A DNA stretch of 64,000 nucleotides, from NCBI GenBank assembly GCA_964586675.1, contig CAZPHQ010000001.1:127385-191384 (forward strand), written 5' to 3'. Position numbers and translations under genes: made by a program. Within the stretch, counting starts at the first letter, position 1; every line of letters begins with the position of its first letter. Origin of the DNA: an uncultured Spirochaetia bacterium (GTDB lineage: Bacteria > Desulfobacterota_D > UBA1144 > Nemesobacterales > UBA2774). Below the pieces are notes generated by a model. That model ran no database searches. It was given only the letters and a program-made list of their open reading frames with translations, and was not told where the DNA came from. This document shows, in pieces, positions 27,654 through 36,403 of this stretch.

Positions 27654-30600
27654 GACGCTTCGGCACCCGGGCGCGTGTGCTGCGAGCGGAAGAACGAAAC
27701 CCTGTCGAGCACCTTCTCCTGGAAGTCTTCGAGATATAGATAAATTACCGGCGTTATGTACAGAGTTATGAACTGCGAGACTATGAGCCCGCCGACTATG
27801 ACGAGGCCGAGCGGCCGCCGCGACGCCCCGTCGGCCCCATAGCCGAGGGCTATCGGTACGGCGCCCATGACCGCCGCCAGAGTTGTCATGAGTATGGGCC
27901 TGAAGCGTTCGAGGCTCGCCCGGTGTATGGCTTCGAGAGCGGGGCTTCCGGATTCGACGTGCTGGCGCGCGAAGTCGACTATCATGATGCCGTTCTTCTT
28001 CACGATGCCCATCAGCATGAACATGCCGACAAAGGCGTAGAGCGACGCCTGCTCTCCGAAGAAAACGAGCGCGAGGAGACCGCCCACGAGCGCCGTCGGC
28101 AGCGTCGAGAGCACTGTAATCGGATGCACGTAGCTCTCGTATAGTATGGCGAGTATCACGTACATGACGAAAACAGCTATGCCCATCAGTATCGTGAGGT
28201 CGCGCACCGTCCTCTGGAACGTCTGCGCCTCGCCCTGGAGGCTCGCCCTTATCGAGGGGGGAACTATTTCCGCGGCGGCGCTGTTTATGAAATTCGTAGC
28301 GTCGCCTATCGCAACGCCGGGCTTTAAATTAAAGAAGATGGTCACGCTCGTGAACTGGTTCAAGTGATTGACAGACTGAAGCCCCATCGTTTTTTTCCAC
28401 GTTACGAGCGATTTCAAAGGCACGAGGTTCGCCCCGTCGTCGGACCTTATATAAAGGAGCGAAAGGTTCTCGGGGTTTTCGCGCGCCGTGTCGCTCGTCT
28501 CGAGGATCACCTGATACTGATCCGTCGGCTTTTTTATAAGATAGAGATAGTTCTGCGAATACGCGTTCCGGAGAAGGTTGAGTATGCGCGTCTCCGAAAC
28601 ACCGTAGATCCTCGCCTGCTCCCGCTTGATTTCAATATCGAGGTTAGGCGTGTTGCTGTAATAATCGGACGACACCGTCGAGAAGCCCGGGTATTCCATG
28701 AGCTTCGCCATGAACTTCGACGCGACGTCGTAAACCTCGTCGGGATCCACGCCCGAGAGCGAGAATGCATATTGCCCCTGCGATTGCTCCGTAGCTCCGG
28801 TGCTTATTTCGAGAACGGGCAGCGGCTGGAGGAACGCGATGACTCCCGTTATGGTCCCGAGGCTCCCCATCAGCTGCCCCGCCTCCATCTCGATGGGCAT
28901 CCTTTCTGACCGCGGCTTTAAAAATATGAACATGAGGCCCTGATTCGCCCCTATGAACGACCCGGCGCCGGTCATGGTGAAGTTCATGAACACGTTGGGG
29001 TCGTTGTGTATGACAGCGTCCACGCGGTCCTGGATAGTCCTCATCTGCTCAGGCGACGAGCCCTCCTTGGCGATGAACACGCCCTGCATGACGCTGCTGT
29101 CTCCCAGGGGCAGGAACGCCTTCGGAACGAGCATGAAGAGCCCTATAGTGCCCGCGAGACAGGCGACCCACATGAGAGCCGAAACCCACCTGTGGCGGAG
29201 AAACCACATGAGAGACTTTCCGTAAACCCCGAGCACCCTTTTTTCGAGGCCGACGACGACACGCTCGGCCCACGTCTGTTTCGAGTCCGGGCCGCGGTCC
29301 TTGAGAAGCCTCGCGCACATGAGCGGCGTAAGTGTGAGCGAGACGAGCCCGGAGGCGAGTATCGCAACGACAATGGTGATGGCGAATTCCCTGAATATCC
29401 TCCCGACAATTCCCGTCATGAAAACGAGCGGGATGAACACCGCGGCAAGGGATATGGTCATAGAGACTATCGTGAAGCTTATCTCCTTCGCGCTTCCGAT
29501 CGACGCCTGGAGCGCACCCTCCCCTGCTTCCATTCGTCTCACGGTGTTTTCGAGGAACACTATCGCGTCGTCCACCAGGAATCCGATCGCGAGCGTAAGC
29601 GCCATGAGCGAGAGGTTGTCTATGCTGTAGCCGAGCATGTTCATGACTATGAACGTCAGAAGGAGCGACAGCGGGAGCGCGACGACTGGAATCAGCGTGT
29701 CCGTCGCCCTTCCGAGGAATAGAAATATGACAATCACGACAAGAATGAATGCTATGAACAGCGTGTGCTGAACTTCCGTAACGGAATCGACGATCGTCCG
29801 CGAGCGGTCGTAAATCGGCGTTATCGTAACGGCCGCCGGAAGCTCGGCGTCCACTATCGGCAGCAGCTCTTTTACGCTGTTCGCGACTTCGACGGCGTTC
29901 GCGCCGGCCTGTCTGAACACTGCAACGACGACGGTAGACGAAGGGATCGGATGGCCCCTCATCCAGAACCTCATGTCGATGCGCTCGTCCTCCACGGTAT
30001 CCGTAACCGAGGCAACGTCGCGGAGATAAACAGGCGCGCCGTTTACGCTCTTGACTATGATGTTCGCGTAAGACTCCGCCGTATCGAGCTGCCCCTGCGG
30101 GCGAAGGATCGACGTGCCCGCCGGGCCGTCGAACTGCCCGGCCCCGGTATAGCTCGTCGCGTTAGATACAGCGGCGTAAAGGTCGTCCACGGATATGTTT
30201 CGCGCCCACATGGCCGAAGGGTCGGCCTTGATGCGCACGGCGGACTTCGTTCCGTAAACGTTGACGCTGCTCACGCCCGGGATCATCGTCAGCCTCTGGC
30301 CGACCTGTGTGCTCGCGTAATCGTAAAGCGTGCCCGGGGTCAGCGAATCGGTCGTGAGCGCTATGTAGAGGATAGGCTGGTCGTTGGGGTTGGTCTTCAC
30401 CAGCGTGGGCGGCGACGGGAGGTCGAGAGGGAGATTCCCCGTCGACTGCGATATGGCGGTCTGAACGTCCGTCGCCGCGGCGTCGAGGCTCTTGTCGAGA
30501 GAGAACTGGAGCGTAAGGCTCGTGAATCCCTGCGTGCTCTTCGACGTCACGAGATCGAGCCCTTCTATCTGCATGAACTGGCGCTCGAGCGGCGTCGCAA

Positions 30601-30787
30601 TGTTGTTGGCCATCGTCTCGGGGCTCGCACCCGGGTAGCCGACGAAAACATTTATGACGGGATAGTCGACGGCTGGAAGGTCGTTCACGGGCAGCTGAAA
30701 ATAGCTGAGGACGCCGAAGAGAACAGCCGAAAGCGTGAGGACCGCCGTCATTACCGGACGGCGTATAAAAGCCTCGGAAAAATTCAC
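27650..30787 (-). CDS. RND efflux transporter permease (AcrB/HAE1-like)
   Basis: 1045 aa with 12-TM AcrB-type organisation. The N-terminus is FIRRPVMTAVLTLSAVLFGVLSY. GTG start overlaps the MFP stop (GTGA). Confidence 0.95.
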   Translation of the reverse strand: MNFSEAFIRRPVMTAVLTLSAVLFGVLSYFQLPVNDLPAVDYPVINVFVGYPGASPETMANNIATPLERQFMQIEGLDLVTSKSTQGFTSLTLQFSLDKSLDAAATDVQTAISQSTGNLPLDLPSPPTLVKTNPNDQPILYIALTTDSLTPGTLYDYASTQVGQRLTMIPGVSSVNVYGTKSAVRIKADPSAMWARNISVDDLYAAVSNATSYTGAGQFDGPAGTSILRPQGQLDTAESYANIIVKSVNGAPVYLRDVASVTDTVEDERIDMRFWMRGHPIPSSTVVVAVFRQAGANAVEVANSVKELLPIVDAELPAAVTITPIYDRSRTIVDSVTEVQHTLFIAFILVVIVIFLFLGRATDTLIPVVALPLSLLLTFIVMNMLGYSIDNLSLMALTLAIGFLVDDAIVFLENTVRRMEAGEGALQASIGSAKEISFTIVSMTISLAAVFIPLVFMTGIVGRIFREFAITIVVAILASGLVSLTLTPLMCARLLKDRGPDSKQTWAERVVVGLEKRVLGVYGKSLMWFLRHRWVSALMWVACLAGTIGLFMLVPKAFLPLGDSSVMQGVFIAKEGSSPEQMRTIQDRVDAVIHNDPNVFMNFTMTGAGSFIGANQGLMFIFLKPRSERMPIEMEAGQLMGSLGTITGVIAFLQPLPVLEISTGATEQSQGQYAFSLSGVDPDEVYDVASKFMAKLMEYPGFSTVSSDYYSNTPNLDIEIKREQARIYGVSETRILNLLRNAYSQNYLYLIKKPTDQYQVILETSDTARENPENLSLLYIRSDDGANLVPLKSLVTWKKTMGLQSVNHLNQFTSVTIFFNLKPGVAIGDATNFINSAAAEIVPPSIRASLQGEAQTFQRTVRDLTILMGIAVFVMYVILAILYESYVHPITVLSTLPTALVGGLLALVFFGEQASLYAFVGMFMLMGIVKKNGIMIVDFARQHVESGSPALEAIHRASLERFRPILMTTLAAVMGAVPIALGYGADGASRRPLGLVIVGGLIVSQFITLYITPVIYLYLEDFQEKVLDRVSFFRSQHTRPGAEAS

Positions 30788-31992
30788 ATACCACCCCCGG
30801 ACGCCGCTTCCGCCCCGCCGCCCTGCCCGCCTTCCTCGACGACCGTTACACCCGCTCCTGGAGCCACCGCGAGCTGGCCGGTAAGAATGACCCGCTCTCC
30901 AGCCTTCACGCCCTCTTCCAGGACGACGAGATCGCCCTGCCTCTGCCCTACCCTCACGGGCCGGAGTTCCGCGGTAGAGTCTTCCTTCACAACGTAGACG
31001 AAATTCCCCTGCGCCGAATCCTGAACGGCAGTCGACGGTACGAGGACGGCTTTTTCTTTCGTAGCCAGAACGAGCCTAACCTTGACGAACTGCCCCGGCC
31101 AGAGCTTGCGGTCGGGATTAGGCACGGTCGCCCTCAGCTTCACCGTACCCGTAGGATCGCTGACGGCATTGTCGAGGAACGTCAGCTCGCCCTGAAGAGG
31201 CGCGTTGGGCTCCTCGGGTATACGGACCTCGACCCTGAGCGTCCCGTCCTCCATGTGCTGCCTGACCCTTCCGAGGTCGCTCTCGGTGACGGTGAACTCG
31301 GCGTATATGGGGTCAAGGCGCTGTATGGTGAGAAGAGTTGTCGCGTTCGCCGTGACGACGTTGCCGATGTCCACGAGCCTGTGCCCCGCCCGGCCGTCTA
31401 TCGGCGAGTCTATTGTCGTATAGTCATAATCTATCCGCGCGGAATCGAGCGTGGCCTGGCTCTGCTCGACGAGCGCCGCCGCAACTGCCACAGCGTTTTT
31501 CCTCGTATCGTACTCCTGCCGCGCCACGGCCCTCGAATCCGCGAGGTCCTCTACGCGCGTGAATTGAATTTTCGCGAGATCGAGGTCCGCCTTCGCCTTG
31601 GCGAGATTCGCCTGGGCGAGGTCGAGCGCGGCCTTGTACGGCCTCTGGTCTATGGTGAAAAGAAGATCGCCCTTTTTCAGCTCCGCGCCGTCCTTGAAAT
31701 GTATGCCGGTAATTCGTCCGGACACCTGAGGCTGTATGGAAACGGATTCGAGCGCGACGCATTTACCGACCTCGTCGAGATACACCGGAACGTCCTGCGA
31801 CTCCGCTTCGGTTACCGTCACCCTCGCGGGCTGGAACTCCGGCATTCCGCCGTCTCCGCCCCCGCATGCGGAAAGCAATATCGCGCAGAAAATCGCTGCG
31901 GACGTTAATAGTTGAAAGTATTCACGTAAGTGACCCGATTTCGATGGACGTGGAGCCGCGTATCCTTTCGGCTCCGAACCTAGACGCCTCAT
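30784..31992 (-). CDS. RND efflux periplasmic adaptor (membrane fusion protein)
   Basis: ORF 30784..32064 trimmed to MRRLGSEP (GGAGGA RBS). It has a lipobox-like LLSACGG and barrel-sandwich/hairpin motifs (GDLLFTIDQRPY...). Confidence 0.9.
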   Translation of the reverse strand: MRRLGSEPKGYAAPRPSKSGHLREYFQLLTSAAIFCAILLSACGGGDGGMPEFQPARVTVTEAESQDVPVYLDEVGKCVALESVSIQPQVSGRITGIHFKDGAELKKGDLLFTIDQRPYKAALDLAQANLAKAKADLDLAKIQFTRVEDLADSRAVARQEYDTRKNAVAVAAALVEQSQATLDSARIDYDYTTIDSPIDGRAGHRLVDIGNVVTANATTLLTIQRLDPIYAEFTVTESDLGRVRQHMEDGTLRVEVRIPEEPNAPLQGELTFLDNAVSDPTGTVKLRATVPNPDRKLWPGQFVKVRLVLATKEKAVLVPSTAVQDSAQGNFVYVVKEDSTAELRPVRVGQRQGDLVVLEEGVKAGERVILTGQLAVAPGAGVTVVEEGGQGGGAEAASGGGM

Positions 31993-32214
31993 ATGAGACT
32001 CCTCCGGACAAATAACTTCATAGCTTATCCGACCAAATCCCCGAACCAACCCGATTTTCCCCATGCGCGAAGAGGAGACCCGCAGCTGCCGCTGAAAGGA
32101 CTCGATTGCAGACGTGGCAACATAACCGGATAAACGGAATTATCAATAGACGTGAATGACAACATGCGTCCGCAATAAGAGATTTGATTCACCGGATTCG
32201 AGAGCGATGCGGTT

Positions 32215-32826
32215 TTATCGGAGGCCGCTCTTGTTGACGCCAAGCCCGCCGAGGCCGGCGGCTATATCTTTTGGACCGACGTCGCCGACTATAGCTGCCT
32301 CGACTACGAACCCGAGTATGACGGCGAGTAGCGCCTTCGCCACATCGTCGGGAGACGCGCCATCGTGGAGAAGCCCCTCTTCCTTCCAGCGCAGAGCGGT
32401 GCCGGCGAGGAGGTCTCTGAACGCGGCGTAGAATCCCCTCATCGTAGCGTGGAGGTTTTCGTTCCGCTGAGCCTCGCTCCAGCCAAGGAGCGCAATGCGC
32501 TTCAGATCGTAGCCCTCGCGCTTCGAGAAATCGTCTATGGTCGACATTATCCGCTCCGTCAATTTGACGGGCGGTGGCAGCGGCTCCGCTTTGAGAAGCG
32601 GCTCGAGAAGCGCCCGGAGTGTGCCGAGAGAGGTCGTCACGGCTGCCAGTATCAGCTCGTCCTTGCCCTTAAAATAGGAATAGACAGCCCCGGCCGAGAG
32701 CCCCGATGCGCGGATTATATCCTCCATCGTCGTGGCGTGGAGGCCGTTTTTCTGAAAGCAGGCGCGGGCGGCGTCCAGGATCTGCATCCGGCGGGCGGCG
32801 CGTTTTTCGTCTGATATTTTCGGCAT
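32215..32826 (-). CDS. TetR/AcrR family transcriptional regulator
   Basis: Trimmed to MPKISDEK. HTH is ILDAARACFQKNGLHATTMEDIIRASGLSAGAVYSYFKGKDELI. It lies upstream of the efflux operon. Confidence 0.9.
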   Translation of the reverse strand: MPKISDEKRAARRMQILDAARACFQKNGLHATTMEDIIRASGLSAGAVYSYFKGKDELILAAVTTSLGTLRALLEPLLKAEPLPPPVKLTERIMSTIDDFSKREGYDLKRIALLGWSEAQRNENLHATMRGFYAAFRDLLAGTALRWKEEGLLHDGASPDDVAKALLAVILGFVVEAAIVGDVGPKDIAAGLGGLGVNKSGLR

Positions 32827-32914
32827 ACTAAAAAATAAAACGAATAACCCTTCTTTACAAGCGCCCAAGTCTTATTTAAAATGAATACTCATTCTTTTTA
32901 AAAGGAGAAATGCC

Positions 32915-33748
32915 ATGATTAAAGTCACGGCAATAGAAACAGGAAAGGCCAGGATGAAAACGGCGCAGCGCACGGGCCGCGACGACAGGGGCCCGGTCGG
33001 GCGGAAGATAGACATCTTCCTCGACCGCAACTGGGTCGAGCCCCTTCCCATACTCTGTTTCCTTATTGAGCACCCTGAAGGGCTATTCCTGGTAGACACC
33101 GGGGACACGTGGCGGAACTCCGTCCCGGGCTACCTCCCCGGCTGGAACCCGTTCTACAAGCAGGTCTCCATTAAAGTCGCGCCGCACGAGGAAATCGGCC
33201 CGCGCCTCCTGGCAATGGATATCGACCCCGGCGACCTCACCGCCGTAATACTGACTCATTTTCATCACGACCACTCGGGCGGGCTCGACCATTTCCCGCA
33301 CACTCGCATAATCGGCCCCCGCGAGAACTACGCCGTCTCCACCGGAATAAGAGGCATGATGATGGGCTGCCTGCCGCAGCGCTGGCCGGTATGGCTCCGC
33401 CCGGAGCTCGTCGACATGGACGGGCCGGCCATCGGCCCCTTCCCTTCCTCGCATCCGGTCACGAAGGACGGGCGCATCATCCTCGTCCCGACGCCGGGAC
33501 ACGTCAAGGGTCATGTATCCGTAATCGTGCGCGCGGACGGCGTCACTTGGTTCCTCGCGGGCGACGCCACGTACTCCGAGGCCAATCTCCTCGCGGAGAA
33601 AACGGACGGCGTGACGAATAACCCGGCCGAGTCGCTGGCGACTCTGAGGGCCATCAGGCGCTTCGCACTGGAAGAACCGACAGTTCTCTTACCGGCACAC
33701 GACCCCGAAGCCCCCGCCAGGCTGGCCGCGCGGAGTCTCCTCGCGTGA
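32915..33748 (+). CDS. MBL-fold metallo-hydrolase (lactonase-like)
   Basis: HFHHDHSGG (HxHxDH) motif and a later GH pair. AAGGAG RBS. Confidence 0.85.
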   Translation: MIKVTAIETGKARMKTAQRTGRDDRGPVGRKIDIFLDRNWVEPLPILCFLIEHPEGLFLVDTGDTWRNSVPGYLPGWNPFYKQVSIKVAPHEEIGPRLLAMDIDPGDLTAVILTHFHHDHSGGLDHFPHTRIIGPRENYAVSTGIRGMMMGCLPQRWPVWLRPELVDMDGPAIGPFPSSHPVTKDGRIILVPTPGHVKGHVSVIVRADGVTWFLAGDATYSEANLLAEKTDGVTNNPAESLATLRAIRRFALEEPTVLLPAHDPEAPARLAARSLLA

Positions 33749-33751
33749 GGG

Positions 33752-34648
33752 TTAAAAGCCTGCGACCTCGGGGATGATCTCGCGCCCGATAAGCTCTATC
33801 GGTTTTATATCGTGAGTGTCGGGCATGCTGACGATAAAGTGCTGTATGCCCTCATCGGCAAGCTTCCGGCAGAACGCAATGAATTCAGAGACCGACATCC
33901 CGCCCTCCCCAAGCTTCACGACTCCGAGAGCCGTGCGCTCTATCTCTTCGTACGGACGGCCGACTTCGTCGCAGTGCCGCCTGAGCACGTCTAGCTTTCT
34001 CGTCATGTCTTCCCAGCTTATAAACGGCGGGGCGTAGAGATTACAGGCGTCGGCGTACGTCGCCACGAGCCTGAGTGTCTTTTTCTCCCCGACGCCGCCC
34101 ACGAGTATCGGAGGGTGAGGCTTCGAGAGCGGAAGCGGATTATTCATCGGCTCGGCGAGGTGATAATGCTTCCCGTTGTAAGGTTTGACCTCACCCGACC
34201 ACATCTGCTTCGCTATCTGGAGCGTTTCTTCGAGCCGCTCCATGCGCTCGGTCATATTCGGAAACGGGAATCCCAATCCGAGAGATTCGCGCTCGTACCA
34301 CGACGCGCCTATGCCGAAATACGCGCGTCCGCCCGACAGAACATCGAGGGTCGTAACGGTTTTTATCAGGTGCCCGGGATTCCGGTAAATGACGCCTGTA
34401 ACCATGGAGCCGAGGCGCACCCGTTTTGTGACGGACGCGAGATACCCGAGCGTCGTGTAACTTTCGAGCATCGGGTCCTCGGGCGATACGCCGAGGTCCG
34501 GCATATCCATCTGAAAGAGATGATCCATCGTCCATAGGCTGGCGAAGCCCGCCTCGTCCGCGGCTCTTCCTATATATGTAAGCTTCTCGCCGACATTACC
34601 CGGGTTACCGGGCCAATCGAATTCCACTATCTGAAGTCCTATTTTCAT
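33752..34648 (-). CDS. LLM-class (luciferase-like) F420-dependent oxidoreductase
   Basis: The MKIGLQI...AGFASLWTMDHL...RVRLGSMVTGVIYRNP pattern matches luciferase-like monooxygenase family proteins. Confidence 0.85.
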   Translation of the reverse strand: MKIGLQIVEFDWPGNPGNVGEKLTYIGRAADEAGFASLWTMDHLFQMDMPDLGVSPEDPMLESYTTLGYLASVTKRVRLGSMVTGVIYRNPGHLIKTVTTLDVLSGGRAYFGIGASWYERESLGLGFPFPNMTERMERLEETLQIAKQMWSGEVKPYNGKHYHLAEPMNNPLPLSKPHPPILVGGVGEKKTLRLVATYADACNLYAPPFISWEDMTRKLDVLRRHCDEVGRPYEEIERTALGVVKLGEGGMSVSEFIAFCRKLADEGIQHFIVSMPDTHDIKPIELIGREIIPEVAGF

Positions 34649-34800
34649 ATCATGATTCCTCTCAGAGTAATTTATTCGCTCCCACTAATATTCTAGATGA
34701 TGATTCTCGGATCGGGATTCGAAATTTTCAACGAATTTTTGTTGTCATGCCCCGGCAATTAGAATAGAATTAATGAAGGGTGGAGTGAAATACAAAGAGG

Positions 34801-35580
34801 GTGTGCTCCATATTGAGTATTAAAGCCTTTTTCTATTTCCCGCTTGTCGTTTTTTTCCTGCTGCTTTTCTTCCCGGAGGATTTTGTCCGCGCTCAAAACT
34901 CGACCGACGACGAGATAAAACTCGTAAAGCAGCAGATCGAAGTTCTCAGCAGGCGGCTCGAAGAGCTCGAAGGGCAGAAGGCAAAACAAAAACCTGCCAT
35001 GGGAACGACCGAGTCGACAAACGTCACACTCTACAATACAGCGGTCAACACGAGCATGAAGAGGCTCGGCGAGTCGAACAGCTCCAGGACCATTTTCAAC
35101 CTGAGCGGCAACGGTACTGTCAGCCTCACAGGCGAGGACGACCCCAACAGGGTGAACGCGGTTTTCGCGCCGATGGTGAATCACCGGATCACGGAGAATC
35201 TCCGATTCGTCTTCAAGCCGGAAGTGAAGCTCATCAACGAAGAGGTCGGATTCGGAATCGGAATGGGGGAGCTGGATTTTTTCGTGAACGATTACCTGAC
35301 CCTGAGAGGAGGAAAGATACAAAATACCGCCCTTCTCTCACCCTCGGCATTCTCCTCCTGGCTCGGCGACGATCCCGTCGCCTACTCCCTCGCGAGGCGG
35401 AACCAAACCCTGCCGCCGGAAGACCTTATCTCACAGCTCAAGAATATGGGAGTCGGGATAACCGGGGGCATACCGATCAAGCTCTTCGACAGGACGAACC
35501 TCAGTTACGGCGTCTCGTATATAAACGGGGCCGACGGCCGGGGAACGATGAATTTCAGCTTCTCCATAACGAGACCGTGA
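34801..35580 (+). CDS. porin-like outer-membrane protein, possibly truncated
   Basis: GTG start and a hydrophobic N-terminus, then a coiled coil (IKLVKQQIEVLSRRLEELEGQ) followed by alternating beta-strand sequence (LRFVFKPEV, ELDFFVNDYLTLRGGKI). This is reminiscent of OprO/P-type porins, but the protein is only 259 aa. Confidence 0.45.
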   Translation: MCSILSIKAFFYFPLVVFFLLLFFPEDFVRAQNSTDDEIKLVKQQIEVLSRRLEELEGQKAKQKPAMGTTESTNVTLYNTAVNTSMKRLGESNSSRTIFNLSGNGTVSLTGEDDPNRVNAVFAPMVNHRITENLRFVFKPEVKLINEEVGFGIGMGELDFFVNDYLTLRGGKIQNTALLSPSAFSSWLGDDPVAYSLARRNQTLPPEDLISQLKNMGVGITGGIPIKLFDRTNLSYGVSYINGADGRGTMNFSFSITRP

Positions 35581-35652
35581 CAGGCACTCAGGAACGGCCG
35601 CAGATTTCTAGAGAGTTAAGCGGTTCCTCGCCGGATTAATTCGCAAATTCAG

Positions 35653-36117
35653 CTATTTTTCAGCGCACCGGCCCTCCAGCCGGGCAGCCATCTCGGCGCG
35701 GCGCTCTTTCTTCCGCCTTGCGAATCCGTATTCCACGCCCGAGGACTCGACCGCCTTTTTCCAGGAGCCGAAATGATAATCCGCGGCCGAAACCAGCGAC
35801 GTCATGCCGCTCTTCCTGAGAACGGAGGGCCTCAAGCTGCCGCCGTTCGCGCTCAGCAGCTTTATCTCGCTCGTTATTCTCTGGCGTGTCCACTTCCTGT
35901 TGTTCCTCGTGCTCTCGTAATCTATACCGCTCGCCTCGAGCGCGTTCCTCCACGAGCCGAATATCTTGCACGCCCGGAGATAAAGCGCGGAATGCTCCTT
36001 CGCCACATTGGACGGTTTTTCCGCCCCTGGGCCGAATATTTCCCTGATTTCCTTTATAACCCTTTCTCTTCTTCCAATCATGATAATTATCATGATTACA
36101 ATTCGCATGCCAGACAT
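35653..36117 (-). CDS. small protein with two homing-endonuclease-associated (HNH-associated) repeats
   Basis: Internal duplication ACKIFGSWRNALEASGIDYE / AADYHFGSWKKAVESSGVEY (the GSW..A.e.sG pattern). The start codon is uncertain; there are several Met codons at 36081-36117. Confidence 0.5.
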   Translation of the reverse strand: MSGMRIVIMIIIMIGRRERVIKEIREIFGPGAEKPSNVAKEHSALYLRACKIFGSWRNALEASGIDYESTRNNRKWTRQRITSEIKLLSANGGSLRPSVLRKSGMTSLVSAADYHFGSWKKAVESSGVEYGFARRKKERRAEMAARLEGRCAEK

Positions 36118-36403
36118 AAGTTCCCATAATTATTAACAGTCAGAACATTTCATAATCGAAATTCCGTCCTATTATCGTACAGCTTACAACCCGGGTCGAC
36201 GCGTTTCACGGATCCATCGCTCTGAAACCGTGTCTTCCCACGCAGGATATACCCGGGCTCCTTGGATCTGCGCCGCCGTATCTTCATTTATTCCCGATTA
36301 ATAAAGCCTTAATAAATAAGCTTTAACATACTAGGCGTCGGTTGGAGGTTCCTGTGAAATAGATGTATTTTGTTTCTAGGAATCCATGCCGGGGGTATAA
36401 GAA

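Noticed and set aside
29765-30997. Long antisense and off-frame ORFs inside high-GC genes (this one within the RND pump; also 1789..2454, 2602..3312, 55850..56620, 56721..57815, 60498..61487, 36842..37723, 39462..40601, 48312..49184)
   Set aside because: These are Arg/Gly/Pro-rich shadow ORFs, expected in high-GC coding DNA. Each is fully overlapped by a gene with clear family motifs.
34759-35322. 187-aa minus-strand ORF antisense to the porin-like gene
   Set aside because: There is no signal or domain features. The plus-strand frame shows coiled-coil plus beta-strand porin-like character. Neither is strong, and only the plus ORF is reported, at low confidence.
35660-36127. 155-aa ORF in an alternative frame overlapping the HNH-repeat ORF
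   Set aside because: Its product is an arginine/glycine-rich low-complexity sequence typical of an off-frame read. The other frame shows an internal duplicated motif.
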